Assembly: GCA_963741955.1 (NCBI GenBank)
Contig: CAVUKB010000013.1
Location: 61,975-125,974 of the forward strand
DNA length: 64,000 nt
Direction: 5' to 3'
DNA from: an uncultured Acidobacteriota bacterium
GTDB taxonomy: Bacteria; Acidobacteriota; Thermoanaerobaculia; Gp7-AA8
The notes beneath the pieces were generated by a model. That model had not been told where the DNA came from and ran no database searches. It was given only the letters and a program-made list of their open reading frames with translations. This document shows, piece after piece, positions 51,592 through 61,715 of the stretch (its first letter is position 1; each line of letters opens with the position of its first letter). A program made the translations under genes and the position numbers.

Positions 51592-51726
51592 CGAGCCTCC
51601 CGCGTCTGAGCGGGAGGGTTTCCTTTCTGTCACCATCGCGTCGACGAGACGGTGCGAGTCGGCCGCCGCCGCGACCTCGCCGATCGGGAAAGGTTCGTAC
51701 CCCGCCGCGGCAGAGGCGAGGCAGGA

Positions 51727-51755
51727 TTGACATTGCGGACCCTCGGTTCCAAAAT
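51727..51755 (+). promoter_or_regulatory. sigma70-type promoter of the riboswitch-btuB transcript
   Basis: TTGACA-N17-CAAAAT. Confidence 0.6.
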
Positions 51756-51782
51756 GCCCGGCCAGTTCATTGGAAATCGACT

Positions 51783-51958
51783 CGATGCGGTAAAGGAGCG
51801 ACGAGCACTTCGCTCCGAGGGAAGTTCGGTGCAACACCGACGCGGCCCCCGCCACTGTAACCGGCGACGACTCACGTGAGGTCGAGACCTGACCCCCACT
51901 GCGATGACGCGGGAAGGGAACGTGAGAAGGAAGACCCGGAAGCCAGGAGACCGATCGC
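51783..51958 (+). ncRNA. Cobalamin (AdoCbl) riboswitch
   Basis: AGGGAAGTTCGGTGCAACACCGACGCGGCCCCCGCCACTGTAA ... CCACTG...GGGAAGG ... B12 box AAGCCAGGAGACC, upstream of a TonB-dependent receptor. Confidence 0.95.
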
Positions 51959-52051
51959 TTCGAGACTCATCAATCCTCCGGGGCTCGAGGAGCGGATCGT
52001 CGACTCCTCGTTTCCCGATACCGCTTCGGAGGGAAGCGAAAGGAGTCTTTC

Positions 52052-53932
52052 ATGATCCGTCCTGTCCTCTGTTTCTCTGCTGCCGCCATTCTGCTGACCG
52101 TCACCCTCTCTGCCTCCGAGTCGAAAACCAAAGCCCCGACCGGCGCGCCCCCTCCTCCGGTCGCCGGGAAGGTCCATCAGACGATCGTCGTGACCGCGTC
52201 CGCGATTCCCGAAGAGCTTTCGTCCACCCCGGCCTCAGCGACGGTGATCACGAAAAAGGAGATCGAGGCGCGGGAGAGCCGGGACGTCGCGGACCTCCTT
52301 CGCGAAGTTCCCGGGCTCCAGCTCTCGCGCGCTGGAGCAGCGGGGAAGGCGACGTCGCTCTTCACGCGCGGCGCCAATTCGAACCAGACCCTGGTGCTCT
52401 GGAACGGGATCGAGCTCAACAACCCCTACTTTGCGGGATTCGACTGGGGCCGCTTTCCGGTGGCGGGAATCCAGCAGGTCGAGATCGTGCGGGGGCCGTA
52501 CTCCGCCCTCTATGGCTCCGACGCCGCAGCCGGCGTGGTGAACATCCTCACCGCGCCGACTCGCAGCGAAGTCTCGGGAGATTTTTCCACGGGAGAGAGG
52601 GGTCTCCTGGACGGAGTGCTTCAGGGCGCGTGGATCCACGGCGCATGGAGCGCCGGCGCGACCCTGAACCGTCGGGAGGACGACGGCTGGGAGCGGAACG
52701 ACGACTTCCGGCAGAACTCGTCCCTCACCTCGATCCGCTGGGCCGGTTCGAGCACCGAGATCACCCTCCGCGCCCGAACCACTTCCTACGAGCTCGGGAT
52801 ACCGACCAACCTGGACGCGGACGGGACCGCGCTGATTCCCAGCCCCAGGCGCCGCCAGAGCGGAGACGAGGTCGAGATCGCACTTCCGCTCCGGCAGCAG
52901 GTCGGGCCGCTCTCTGTAGACCTGACCCTTTCGGAGGGTACCAGGCGCGACGATTTCGAAGATCCGGACGATCCGTGGGGATTCGTCTCGTCGTCCACCC
53001 GCTCCTCCAGCCGCCGCGCGCGGCTGACTGCAAGAGGCGACAGCAGGTTCGGAACGATCGTCTTCGGTGGCGAAGCGGAACGCTCGAAAGTCGACGACGT
53101 CACGAACTTCGGTCCAAACCTGAGCGGAGCGAAGCTCTCCAGCCGGAGTCTCTTCGTGGAGGATCGTGCGAGCCGGAGCCTCGGGGCGGTGCAGCTCGAG
53201 CTGAGCGCGGGCGCCCGGTTCGATTCGTTCGAGTCGTTCGGGAGCGAGCTCTCTCCCCGGATCTCCGTCGCTGCACTTCGCGGGGGAAACAAGCTCCACG
53301 CGTCGGTGGGGGAGGGATTCCGCGCTCCTTCGGCCGGCGAGCTGTACTTCCCCTTCAGCGGCAATCCCGATCTCGGCGCGGAGCGAAGCCGCAGCTGGGA
53401 GATCGGCTACGACCGTGACCTCCACTCCGGCCGGCTTCTCTCGGCGACCTTCTTTCACAGCGCGTACGACAACCTGATCGTGTTCGACAATCTCTCCTAC
53501 CGCTTCGCGAATATCGGCGCGGCGACGACCTGGGGAGCGGAGCTCGGGATGTCCGGTCCGATTGCGGCCGGATTCTCGGGTGGAGTCTCGTACACCTACC
53601 TCCACACCCGCGAGGAGGCGACGGACGAACCGCTGCTCAGGCGTCCTCCGCATTCGGGATCGATCAATCTCGGTTGGGAGCGAGGAGCGATCGAAGCGAT
53701 GGCCGTGCTGATCCACTCCGGACGCAGAGACGACATCCTTCCGGTCTTTCCATACACCCGCGTCGTCAACGGCGCATACACCACGCTCGACCTCGACGTG
53801 CATTACAGGCTCGGCGTGGTGACCCCGTACGTGAAACTCGAAAACGCGACCGGCGAGCGTTATCAGGAAGTCCGCGGCTATCCCTCTCCGGGACGGCGAG
53901 CGTCACTCGGCATCCGTTTCACTCTAGAATAG
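52052..53932 (+). CDS. btuB: TonB-dependent cobalamin receptor BtuB-like
   Basis: TIVVTAS TonB box, RGANSNQTLVL, EIVRGPYSALYGSDA, GFRAPS; preceded by the riboswitch. Confidence 0.9.
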   Translation: MIRPVLCFSAAAILLTVTLSASESKTKAPTGAPPPPVAGKVHQTIVVTASAIPEELSSTPASATVITKKEIEARESRDVADLLREVPGLQLSRAGAAGKATSLFTRGANSNQTLVLWNGIELNNPYFAGFDWGRFPVAGIQQVEIVRGPYSALYGSDAAAGVVNILTAPTRSEVSGDFSTGERGLLDGVLQGAWIHGAWSAGATLNRREDDGWERNDDFRQNSSLTSIRWAGSSTEITLRARTTSYELGIPTNLDADGTALIPSPRRRQSGDEVEIALPLRQQVGPLSVDLTLSEGTRRDDFEDPDDPWGFVSSSTRSSSRRARLTARGDSRFGTIVFGGEAERSKVDDVTNFGPNLSGAKLSSRSLFVEDRASRSLGAVQLELSAGARFDSFESFGSELSPRISVAALRGGNKLHASVGEGFRAPSAGELYFPFSGNPDLGAERSRSWEIGYDRDLHSGRLLSATFFHSAYDNLIVFDNLSYRFANIGAATTWGAELGMSGPIAAGFSGGVSYTYLHTREEATDEPLLRRPPHSGSINLGWERGAIEAMAVLIHSGRRDDILPVFPYTRVVNGAYTTLDLDVHYRLGVVTPYVKLENATGERYQEVRGYPSPGRRASLGIRFTLE

Positions 53933-54007
53933 GCGGCCAAATACGACCGCCCGCCGGAACTCCGGTTCCGGCCGGGTTCTCGCAAAGTTGCTCTACGGGA
54001 GGAGCGA

Positions 54008-54307
54008 ATGGAGAAGCCTTCGAAGCACGAAGAGGAATACTTCAGAAAACAGGAGCTCGCGAAACGGAAGCAGTGGGAAGAAGAGCGGAAAGCGAAGCTC
54101 GCTGCTGAGGAAAAGCAGCGGCTCAAGGAGCTCCACCACATGAAGTGTCCCAAGTGCGGGATGGACCTGTACGAATTCGACTACCAGGGCGTGACCCTCG
54201 ACCGCTGCCTCTCCTGCGGCGGAACCTGGTTCGATGCCGGAGAGATGGACCGCATCATCGGCGGAGACCAGGGGATGCTCGGCAGGATGATCAGCTTCTT
54301 CAGGTGA
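54008..54307 (+). CDS. zf-TFIIB domain protein
   Basis: EEEYF coiled-coil N-terminus; CPKC...CLSCGGTWFDAGE. Confidence 0.88.
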   Translation: MEKPSKHEEEYFRKQELAKRKQWEEERKAKLAAEEKQRLKELHHMKCPKCGMDLYEFDYQGVTLDRCLSCGGTWFDAGEMDRIIGGDQGMLGRMISFFR

Positions 54308-54392
54308 GGCGGCGTGACGCCGGGCCTGCCCCGGCGCACCCCTCGACCTCTCCTCCGGGATTCCGGCGCGCTCCTTGCGACGCTCCCGCGAG

Positions 54393-55208
54393 ATGATCAC
54401 TCGAACCATTCCCGGCTCCAGCGAGCAGCTTCCGCTCATCGGACTCGGGACGTGGAAGACGTTCGACGTCGCCGGAACTTCGCAACTCGACGCTCGCGAG
54501 GAGGTTCTCCGCGGTTTTCTGAAATCGGGCGGGCAGGTGGTCGACACCTCGCCGATGTACGGAAGATCCGAAGAGGTGATCGGTGAGCTGCGCGAGCGGA
54601 TCGGGCTCGATACGAAGCTCTTCCTCGCCACCAAGGTCTGGACGTCCGGCCGCGACGAGGGGATTCTCCAGATGCAGTCGTCGATGAAGAAGATGCGGAC
54701 CGGAATGGTCGATCTGATGCAGGTCCACAATCTCGTCGACTGGGATACCCACCTCGAGACGATGAAGCGCTGGAAGGAAGAGGGAGCGATCCGCTACGTC
54801 GGCGTCACGCACTACCAGGTGAAGGCGTTTTCGCAGCTCGAGAGCATCATGAAGCGCCGGCGGGTCGATTTCGTGCAGCTTCCGTACTCGGCGGCGATGA
54901 GAGAGGCGGAAAAGACACTCCTTCCCCTCGCCCGCGAACAGCAGATCGGGGTGATCGTGAACCGTCCTTTCGAGGAAGCGGATCTCCTCCGCGCGACCCG
55001 ATCGAAGCCTTTGCCCGAATGGGCATCCGAGATCGGCTGCGAGAGCTGGAGCGAGTTGCTGCTCAAGTTCATCGTCTCGCACCCTGCGGTGACCTGCGTG
55101 ATCCCTGCGACTTCGAACCGCGAGCATCTCGCGCAGAACATGAGAGCGGGAGAGGAGCCGATGCCGGACGAGGCGATGCGGGAAAGAATCGCGGCCGCGG
55201 TGCAGTGA
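54393..55208 (+). CDS. Aldo/keto reductase
   Basis: IGLGTW, DTSPMYG, LATKVW, DLMQVHN, IPATS. Confidence 0.93.
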   Translation: MITRTIPGSSEQLPLIGLGTWKTFDVAGTSQLDAREEVLRGFLKSGGQVVDTSPMYGRSEEVIGELRERIGLDTKLFLATKVWTSGRDEGILQMQSSMKKMRTGMVDLMQVHNLVDWDTHLETMKRWKEEGAIRYVGVTHYQVKAFSQLESIMKRRRVDFVQLPYSAAMREAEKTLLPLAREQQIGVIVNRPFEEADLLRATRSKPLPEWASEIGCESWSELLLKFIVSHPAVTCVIPATSNREHLAQNMRAGEEPMPDEAMRERIAAAVQ

Positions 55209-55397
55209 ACGATCCGGGCTGACGCTCCAGCCTGCGGCAGGCACAAAGCAATCACGAGGCGCACGCAACGCCCGCCATGACATGATCGCCGTGCGCCATG
55301 AAACCCTTCACTTCGCGTCGCGTAATCACGTGCGGATCGCCTTCAGTCCCCTCGAGCCCGGAGTTATGATCCAACCCGAATCTGACGAGAGGTGCGT

Positions 55398-56984
55398 ATG
55401 AGCGTCGAACCCGACGCGTCAGCTGGTGCCGGACCGGCACGCGTCGCCCCGAGACCTTTCCTTCTCACCGGGGGAGCGATCGTCGGAACGATCGCGCTCT
55501 TCTCGGTCGTCGTTCACCTTCTCACCACCGGAGCGTTCGGCTACGGGTTCTTCGTCGACGAGCTGTATTACCTCGCGGCGGCCAATCACCTCGCCTGGGG
55601 ATTCGTCGATTTTCCTCCCCTCTTTCCCGCTCTCATATGGCTGGTGAGGCACACCCTCGGCGATTCTCTGATGGCGATCCGTCTCGTCCCGACACTCGCC
55701 TCGGCGGGGCTGATACTCCTCACCGGACGGATGGCGCGCGAACTCGGCGGCGGCCGGTGGGCGCAGGCACTCGCAGCGATCGCGGTCCTCATCGCCCCGA
55801 TCTATCTGGTCGACTTCAGCATGACGACGATGAACGCGCTGGAACCTCTCTTCTGGATGGGGTGCGCACTCGTCGCGATCACGATTGCGAACGGAGCCAG
55901 CGAGCGGTGGTGGCTGGCGTTCGGCGTCCTGGCCGGATTCGGTCTCCTCAACAAGCAGTCGATGGCATTCTTCGGGGTGGCGTTCGTGGCCGCGCTCCTC
56001 CTCACGCCTCTCCGCCGGTCGCTCCTCCGGCCCTGGATCTGGCTCGGCGGAGCGATCGCGCTCACCATCTTCCTCCCCAATCTCCTCTGGGAGATCAGCC
56101 ATCATTTCCCCCACCTCGAGATGCTCGCGAACATCCGTGCGTCGGGGCGCGACGTGACGCTCTCGCCCTTCGATTTTCTCCTCCAGCAGCTGCTCGTGCT
56201 CCATCCCGCGACATCGCCATTGTGGCTCGCAGGAATCGGGTGGACACTCTTCGACCGGCGGGGCCGGGTCTACAGAATCGTCGGGCTGACGTTCATTCTG
56301 ATCATCGTCGAGATGCTGATCATGCACGGGCGCGTTTACTACCCTGCGCCGGCCTATCCGATGGTCCTCGCGGCGGGTGGTGTGGCGGTCGAACAGTGGC
56401 TCTCGCGCGCGGGTCGGATGAGGGTTCTCCTTCCGGCGTGGGGAGGAGTGATGGTTCTGACCGGAGTGGCGCTGGCGCCGCTCTCGCTTCCGATGCTTCC
56501 TCCGGATGGCTACGTCCGCTACGCGAAACTCCTCGGGTTCGGCCAGCCGCGCATCGAGAATCACCGGCTCGGACCTCTCCCGCAGCTCTTCGCAGATCGG
56601 TTTGGGTGGAAGGAAATGGCCGAAGAGGTGGCGAAGGTGTACCGGAGGCTTCCGCGCGCGGATCAGAGGAAGGCGACGATCTTCGCGCAGAACTATGGAC
56701 AGGCGGGAGCGATCAATCTGTACGGCCCAGCGCTCGGTCTGCCGAAGGCGATCAGCGCGCACGACAGCTACTTCTACTGGGGCCCCGGAAATGCCTCCCG
56801 CGATGTGGTGATCGTGCTCGACGACGATCGCGAGACGCTTCAGCGGCTCTTCCGCAGCGTGGAGTACGGAGGACATGTCGAGCACCCGTATTCGATGCCG
56901 TACCAGCACTTCGACATCTGGGTCTGCCGAGGCCTGAAGATGCCGTGGAGCGAGCTCTGGCCGAAGATCAGGAAGTGGGACTGA
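55398..56984 (+). CDS. GT39/ArnT-like (PMT_2) membrane glycosyltransferase
   Basis: YGFFVDELYY, GFVDFPP, LLNK, NYGQAGA; many TM helices. Confidence 0.88.
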   Translation: MSVEPDASAGAGPARVAPRPFLLTGGAIVGTIALFSVVVHLLTTGAFGYGFFVDELYYLAAANHLAWGFVDFPPLFPALIWLVRHTLGDSLMAIRLVPTLASAGLILLTGRMARELGGGRWAQALAAIAVLIAPIYLVDFSMTTMNALEPLFWMGCALVAITIANGASERWWLAFGVLAGFGLLNKQSMAFFGVAFVAALLLTPLRRSLLRPWIWLGGAIALTIFLPNLLWEISHHFPHLEMLANIRASGRDVTLSPFDFLLQQLLVLHPATSPLWLAGIGWTLFDRRGRVYRIVGLTFILIIVEMLIMHGRVYYPAPAYPMVLAAGGVAVEQWLSRAGRMRVLLPAWGGVMVLTGVALAPLSLPMLPPDGYVRYAKLLGFGQPRIENHRLGPLPQLFADRFGWKEMAEEVAKVYRRLPRADQRKATIFAQNYGQAGAINLYGPALGLPKAISAHDSYFYWGPGNASRDVVIVLDDDRETLQRLFRSVEYGGHVEHPYSMPYQHFDIWVCRGLKMPWSELWPKIRKWD

Positions 56985-57072
56985 GCGGCATCGCGAGCGG
57001 CCACGTGTGGCGAGGGTTCCGCGTCATCGCGCCCATCACTCCTCCGACCAGGGCGGTGAGCCCTGGGAATGC

Positions 57073-57909
57073 TCAACCACTGATCCAGTTGGCGAGCGCG
57101 ATGCCGGCCACCAGACTTGCGGTGGAGAGAATCGTCATCAATCCCTTCGCAACGATCGATGGACCTGCCACCGCGGCGTGGTCGCCGTGACCGGACCCCG
57201 CCTGATGCTCCGATGGTTTGCCGACCCTCGGCGCTGGTGAGCGGCGCGAGGGCTGGCCGGAAGGTCGTACGGTGATCATGCCGTGTTTGAGGCCGTTCGC
57301 AACGAGCCACCAGTTGATCGGATAGGCGAGGATGAAGCCGGCAATGAGGGACATCGACATGACAAACCAGAACCCCGCCGCCAGCGGATCGGCACTGCCA
57401 TCAATGTGCGGCATCAGTGCGTGTTTGGTGACCACCATGCCCGCCATCAGCAGATTCATGGAAAGAAACTCGGGCAGAAAGGTCTGCCGCAGCGAGCGCA
57501 GATAGGAGCCGCCCGCCATCTCGCGCATCGCGAAAGCCTGAAAGATCAACCAGCCAAACCCGAACCCAAGGCCGTATTCAAGGGAGAGGTCAGCGCCCGG
57601 GGCCAGGCGCCAATGAGCTGCGACCGCGGCCCCGGCGATGATTCCGAGTCCATCTCCGGCAGCACAGTGCATCGTCGACCCGAGTACCTGGCGCCAGCGA
57701 GCCGCCACGAACGCCTCGTGCGTTCCCGTGAGCGGTTCGCGGCACCCGACAATGTACAGGAGGGCTGCAACCGGACCGGCAAACAGGGCGAGGATCACGA
57801 AGGCCCATTTGAGCACCGGATGCGCGGGAGTGCTTCGGATATCGACGCCGACGAAGACTACGGAGAGAGCCGTCAATACGAACCACACCAGCATCAGGCC
57901 ACTATCCAT
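57073..57909 (-). CDS. DUF4396 domain membrane protein
   Basis: STMHCAAGD, AGFILAYPINWWLV..GLKHGM. Confidence 0.85.
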   Translation of the reverse strand: MDSGLMLVWFVLTALSVVFVGVDIRSTPAHPVLKWAFVILALFAGPVAALLYIVGCREPLTGTHEAFVAARWRQVLGSTMHCAAGDGLGIIAGAAVAAHWRLAPGADLSLEYGLGFGFGWLIFQAFAMREMAGGSYLRSLRQTFLPEFLSMNLLMAGMVVTKHALMPHIDGSADPLAAGFWFVMSMSLIAGFILAYPINWWLVANGLKHGMITVRPSGQPSRRSPAPRVGKPSEHQAGSGHGDHAAVAGPSIVAKGLMTILSTASLVAGIALANWISG

Positions 57910-58168
57910 GATTGAACGCCTCGTCCGCTTGCCGTCGCCTGACTACCTTCGAGTCGATTCAGGCGTACCAGATCGAAGGATGACACGACGACGGATTCCG
58001 GGGAACCTGATCCGAGATGGTACCGCGCGCCCGCGTCCGGTGGAACCGGACGGCTCGCAGACGGCTCATGCCGACATCCATGAGGATGAAGCGGGGGATG
58101 ATTCGCTCGTAGTCGAAGAGGAGGTCGATCTCCTTCGGCAGCGGGAGCCTTTCCGCGGGGCGGAGTCG

Positions 58169-58633
58169 TCAGCGCAGAACGAACACGAGCTCTGTGACGC
58201 CTTCGCCGGAGTCATCGGCGCTCTCCTCGCGCTCGAAGCTGAAGCCGCACTTCTCCAGGACGCGGATCGAGCCGGCGTTGTGCCTCGCCACGTCCGCATG
58301 GATCGGACGCTCGGTCACGAGGCGGAGGAACGCGGCGAGCGCCTGGGTCGCGACACCCTTGCCCCAATGCTCCTTCCCGATCCAGTAGCCGACGAGGCGG
58401 TCACCCTCCTGGGGCCAGCTCCCGATGTAGCCCGCGACCTGACCGTCGAGGAGGATCGTCCTCGTGACCGCGGACGGGTTGCCGAGGATATTCGTCGCCC
58501 AGTGGGCATCGAAGGCTGCGCGGTCGCGAGAGGGGAAGGCGGCCATGCGCGTGGCGTCAGCGTCGAGTTGCTGCTCGTAGAAGATGGGGAGGTCGTCCGG
58601 CTCGACGTTGCGGAGTCGTACTTCGTCGGTCAT
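58169..58633 (-). CDS. GNAT (RimJ/RimL-like) acetyltransferase
   Basis: GYWIGKEHWGKGVAT, NAGSIRVLEKCGF. Confidence 0.92.
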   Translation of the reverse strand: MTDEVRLRNVEPDDLPIFYEQQLDADATRMAAFPSRDRAAFDAHWATNILGNPSAVTRTILLDGQVAGYIGSWPQEGDRLVGYWIGKEHWGKGVATQALAAFLRLVTERPIHADVARHNAGSIRVLEKCGFSFEREESADDSGEGVTELVFVLR

Positions 58634-58806
58634 ATCTCTTTACCCGTCCGGCCCAGCCGGCCCGTCTCTCTTCGTCGCTCGCGATGTGCGAAAAGGAGGT
58701 GTGCCGAGAGGCGCCCGACGTTCAAAGCCCACCGGTCCGCGACGCGAAATAGTATAGCTCTCGGAATGAAGCAGCGAACCGGCTCGCAGCTGCAGCAGCC
58801 ACGACA

Positions 58807-59160
58807 CTAGCCCACGGGAGTCTGTTGGTGCAGCAGCAGAAGCCAACCACGGTCGCCGCGAACGTAGACCGAACTGCATTGCGCGGCGTAGCGTGAATCG
58901 GGGCTGCCCCTCTCCGCGTGCGCGGAATAGACCAGCACGGCCGTGCCTTCAGTCGCCGGTACGAGATGTTGCTCGTCGAAAGAGACGCTCCGCCACCGCG
59001 GAACAGAACGAATCGAATCGATGGTGGTGGCGCGGTCGAGAACCCCGGCCGGCGGCGGGAATACCATCAGCGCGTGCGGAGCAAGCGTTCTCTCGTAGAA
59101 CTCCACTCCGCCCAGCCAGAACTCTCTCTCGAGCTCCCATAGTTCATGATCTCGAGTCAT
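58807..59160 (-). CDS. DUF4440/NTF2-like protein
   Basis: LWELEREFW, SSVYVR...WLLLLHQQTP. Confidence 0.85.
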   Translation of the reverse strand: MTRDHELWELEREFWLGGVEFYERTLAPHALMVFPPPAGVLDRATTIDSIRSVPRWRSVSFDEQHLVPATEGTAVLVYSAHAERGSPDSRYAAQCSSVYVRGDRGWLLLLHQQTPVG

Positions 59161-59296
59161 TACGACCTCCGTACAATGTCGTGACGCGCCTGCCGGTCGA
59201 GCCAGGCCGACCGGAAGCCGCAGGCCAGGCGGGTTCGCTCGAACGATCTGTCAGACGCGCTCAGACGACGACCAGCCACCGCGACTCACGGGACTT

Positions 59297-59737
59297 CTAC
59301 TGCCCGAGCTCCTGGGCGAGCCCGATGAGGATTCCTTCGGGGCCCCGGATGTAGCAGAGCCGGTACGCCTCTTCGTACTGGACCACTTCGCCGACGAGCT
59401 CCGCTCCGCGTCTGCCGAGCCGGGCGAGCGTATCGTCGATGTCCACCACGGTGAACATCACACGCAGGTAGCCGAGAGCGTTCACCGGGGCGCTGCGGTG
59501 ATCGGCGACCACGGCTGGCGCGAGGAATCGGGATATCTCGAGCCGGCTGTGACCGTCCGGGGTGCGCATCATGGCAATCTCGACGCGCATGTCGGGCAAA
59601 CCAGTGACTCGGTCTGCCCAGGCTCCTTCGATAGGGGCGCGCCCCTCCAGCTCGAGCCCGAGCTCGGTGAAGAACGCAATGGCGGCGTCGATGTCCTCGA
59701 CCACGATACCGACGTTGTCCATACGCTTGACCGTCAT
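59297..59737 (-). CDS. VOC/glyoxalase family protein
   Basis: RMDNVGIVVED, YRLCYIRGPEGILIGLA; GGAG SD. Confidence 0.92.
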   Translation of the reverse strand: MTVKRMDNVGIVVEDIDAAIAFFTELGLELEGRAPIEGAWADRVTGLPDMRVEIAMMRTPDGHSRLEISRFLAPAVVADHRSAPVNALGYLRVMFTVVDIDDTLARLGRRGAELVGEVVQYEEAYRLCYIRGPEGILIGLAQELGQ

Positions 59738-59959
59738 GGTGTCTCCCTGGCGTATAGAATGCTCACGCTCGCCGGCCGCGACGATTGTACCGCCTGAGAC
59801 AAGGTACATGCGGATGCGCGGTAGTCTCGCGAAACGCACGCGCCCCGTGCTCGAGATGCATCCATTGTGCGATGTCCTGGGGAACGGCCGTACATGCCGT
59901 TCAGGAAGGACCCGAATGGACCGACAGAATGGACCTCCGGCGCGGCCGGAACTCTTCTT

Positions 59960-60199
59960 TCACCTCGATTTCAATACCGCCGAAAGGCCGGTCGAGTGCG
60001 CGATGAATTCAGCTGGAAACTCGCAGCGGAGTCTCTCCTGCAGATCCAGCAGCAGCTTCTTCGTGGGGGAACAATCCTGCACGGCGGCGCAACAGAAGTG
60101 ACCGTCGACGTACCGGTCCAGGATGCCCTGAGTGTGGTCGGTCACGCCGAAGATAGAGAACATCAGCCACCTTACGTGTTTCGGCTCGCGCGCGCGCAC
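59960..60199 (-). CDS. Small hypothetical protein or gene remnant
   Basis: GC3-rich frame; no recognisable motif. Confidence 0.35.
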   Translation of the reverse strand: MRAREPKHVRWLMFSIFGVTDHTQGILDRYVDGHFCCAAVQDCSPTKKLLLDLQERLRCEFPAEFIAHSTGLSAVLKSR

Positions 60200-60262
60200 C
60201 GCGACGCGTTGCGATTCCTCTTGAACACGGACGAATCCTGCGGCAGCGATGATCCCGCCGAG

Positions 60263-60649
60263 TCACCGGGCGAGCACCTCCTTCGCCACCGCCACGACGT
60301 GCTCCACGGTGAACCCGTACCGGGCCATCACCTCGGGCCCCGGCGCCGACGCGCCGAAGCGGTCCACGCCGATGATCGCACCGCCCGGCCCGACGTAGCG
60401 TTCCGAGCCGAACGACGAGCCCGTTTCCACGCTGACCCTCGCCTGCACCGCCGGCGGCAGCACCGTCTGGCGGTATTCGGCGGATTGCGCCTCGAACAAC
60501 TCCCACGACGGCATCGACACGACGCGGCTCCGAATGCCCTCGGCGGCGAGCTGCCGGTGCGCGGCGAGCGCAAGCGATACCTCCGAGCCGGTCGCGATGA
60601 GAATGATCTCCGGCAACCCCTCGCCCGCGTCGATCAAGGCGTACGCACC
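60263..60649 (-). pseudogene. Transketolase C-terminal fragment (duplicate of 63283-63669)
   Basis: LIATGSEV...[10 protein letters not shown]...FGASAPG. Near-identical to the tkt 3' end; N-terminal domains absent. Confidence 0.88.
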
Positions 60650-60680
60650 ACTCGTGGGTCGAAGCGCGGCGAGCCCGCCC

Positions 60681-60902
60681 TCCATCGACTGGCGATTCGG
60701 GAAGACTCGCCACGCGATCGAGGTCGAGAATCCGGAGCGGCGCTGCAGCGGCGTGGCGAGCGTGAAACTCGACGGCGTGCCGTGTGCCCCGGCGGCGATC
60801 CCGCTCGAGGACGACAGGCGTGCGCATCGCGTGAGGGTCGTACTCGGCGCTCCCCCTCTGCGAACCTCTTCGCCCTCCGCGATGAGATTGAGTAAGGCGT
60901 GA
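60681..60902 (+). pseudogene. C-terminal remnant of an NdvB/GH94-type (cyclic beta-1,2-glucan synthase-like) gene
   Basis: [18 protein letters not shown]...GVASVKLDG...[17 protein letters not shown] resembles the family's C-terminus; no start or upstream part. Confidence 0.65.
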
Positions 60903-61127
60903 CGCCGGATCCGCGTGGATCTGTCTATCGGCTGGACGCATTTGTGCGGTACGATCCCTCACTGGAAAATGCATTCGAAGTCCCTGGAATCTGCACAGAC
61001 GACGACTTCCCACCGATTTACGATGTTCGGCCGTGCGGATTCGCATCGATGTCCCCATCGAAATCGAAGCCTGATTCTGACCTGGTACGAGAACTCGGTG
61101 AGAGAGGCGGGCACGAGCCGCCAAAAA

Positions 61128-61702
61128 TGAATCGGCAGCCGGGCCATACCATCTTCACGATCGGCCACTCCACGCGGACTCTCGCCGAATTCGTCGCGCT
61201 TCTGCGGCAAGTCGACGTCACGCTGCTCGTGGACGTGCGCTCGATCCCGCGCTCGCGGGTGACGCCACAGTTCAACGGGGACACGCTGCCGGACTCTCTC
61301 GCCGCCGATGGCATCGGCTATCGGCATCTGCCCGCTCTCGGGGGCCGGCGCCATCATCGCAAGAGCGATCCTCCCTCGCTCAACATGTACTGGCGCGTTT
61401 TGGCATTCCGGAATTACGCGGACTATGCGGAGACCGACGAATTCCGCGCCGGTCTGGACGCGCTGCGCGCGCTCGCGCGCGATGATCGGTGCGCGATCAT
61501 GTGCGCCGAAGCGGTGTGGTGGCGCTGTCATCGCCGCATCATCACCGATTACCTGTTGGCGGGCGCGACGCGCGTCGAACACATCATGGGGCCCGGCCAG
61601 GTCATTCCGGCGACGCTCACCCCCGGCTCGCGCGTCTTGGACGGCGGAACGGTCCGCTATCCAGCGCCGGTGGATGCCGAGCGGACCGCGGGCAGCGATT
61701 GA
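61128..61702 (+). CDS. DUF488 family protein
   Basis: IFTIGHSTR, LVDVRSIPRSR, LGGRR, MCAEAVWWRCHR. Confidence 0.92.
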
Positions 61703-61715
61703 GAAGCCTCGGTCA

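Noticed and set aside
57900-59800. Integron cassette array (GNAT, DUF4440, VOC in tandem)
   Set aside because: The gene types are cassette-like, but I found no repeated attC (RYYYAAC...GTTRRRY) structure and no intI.
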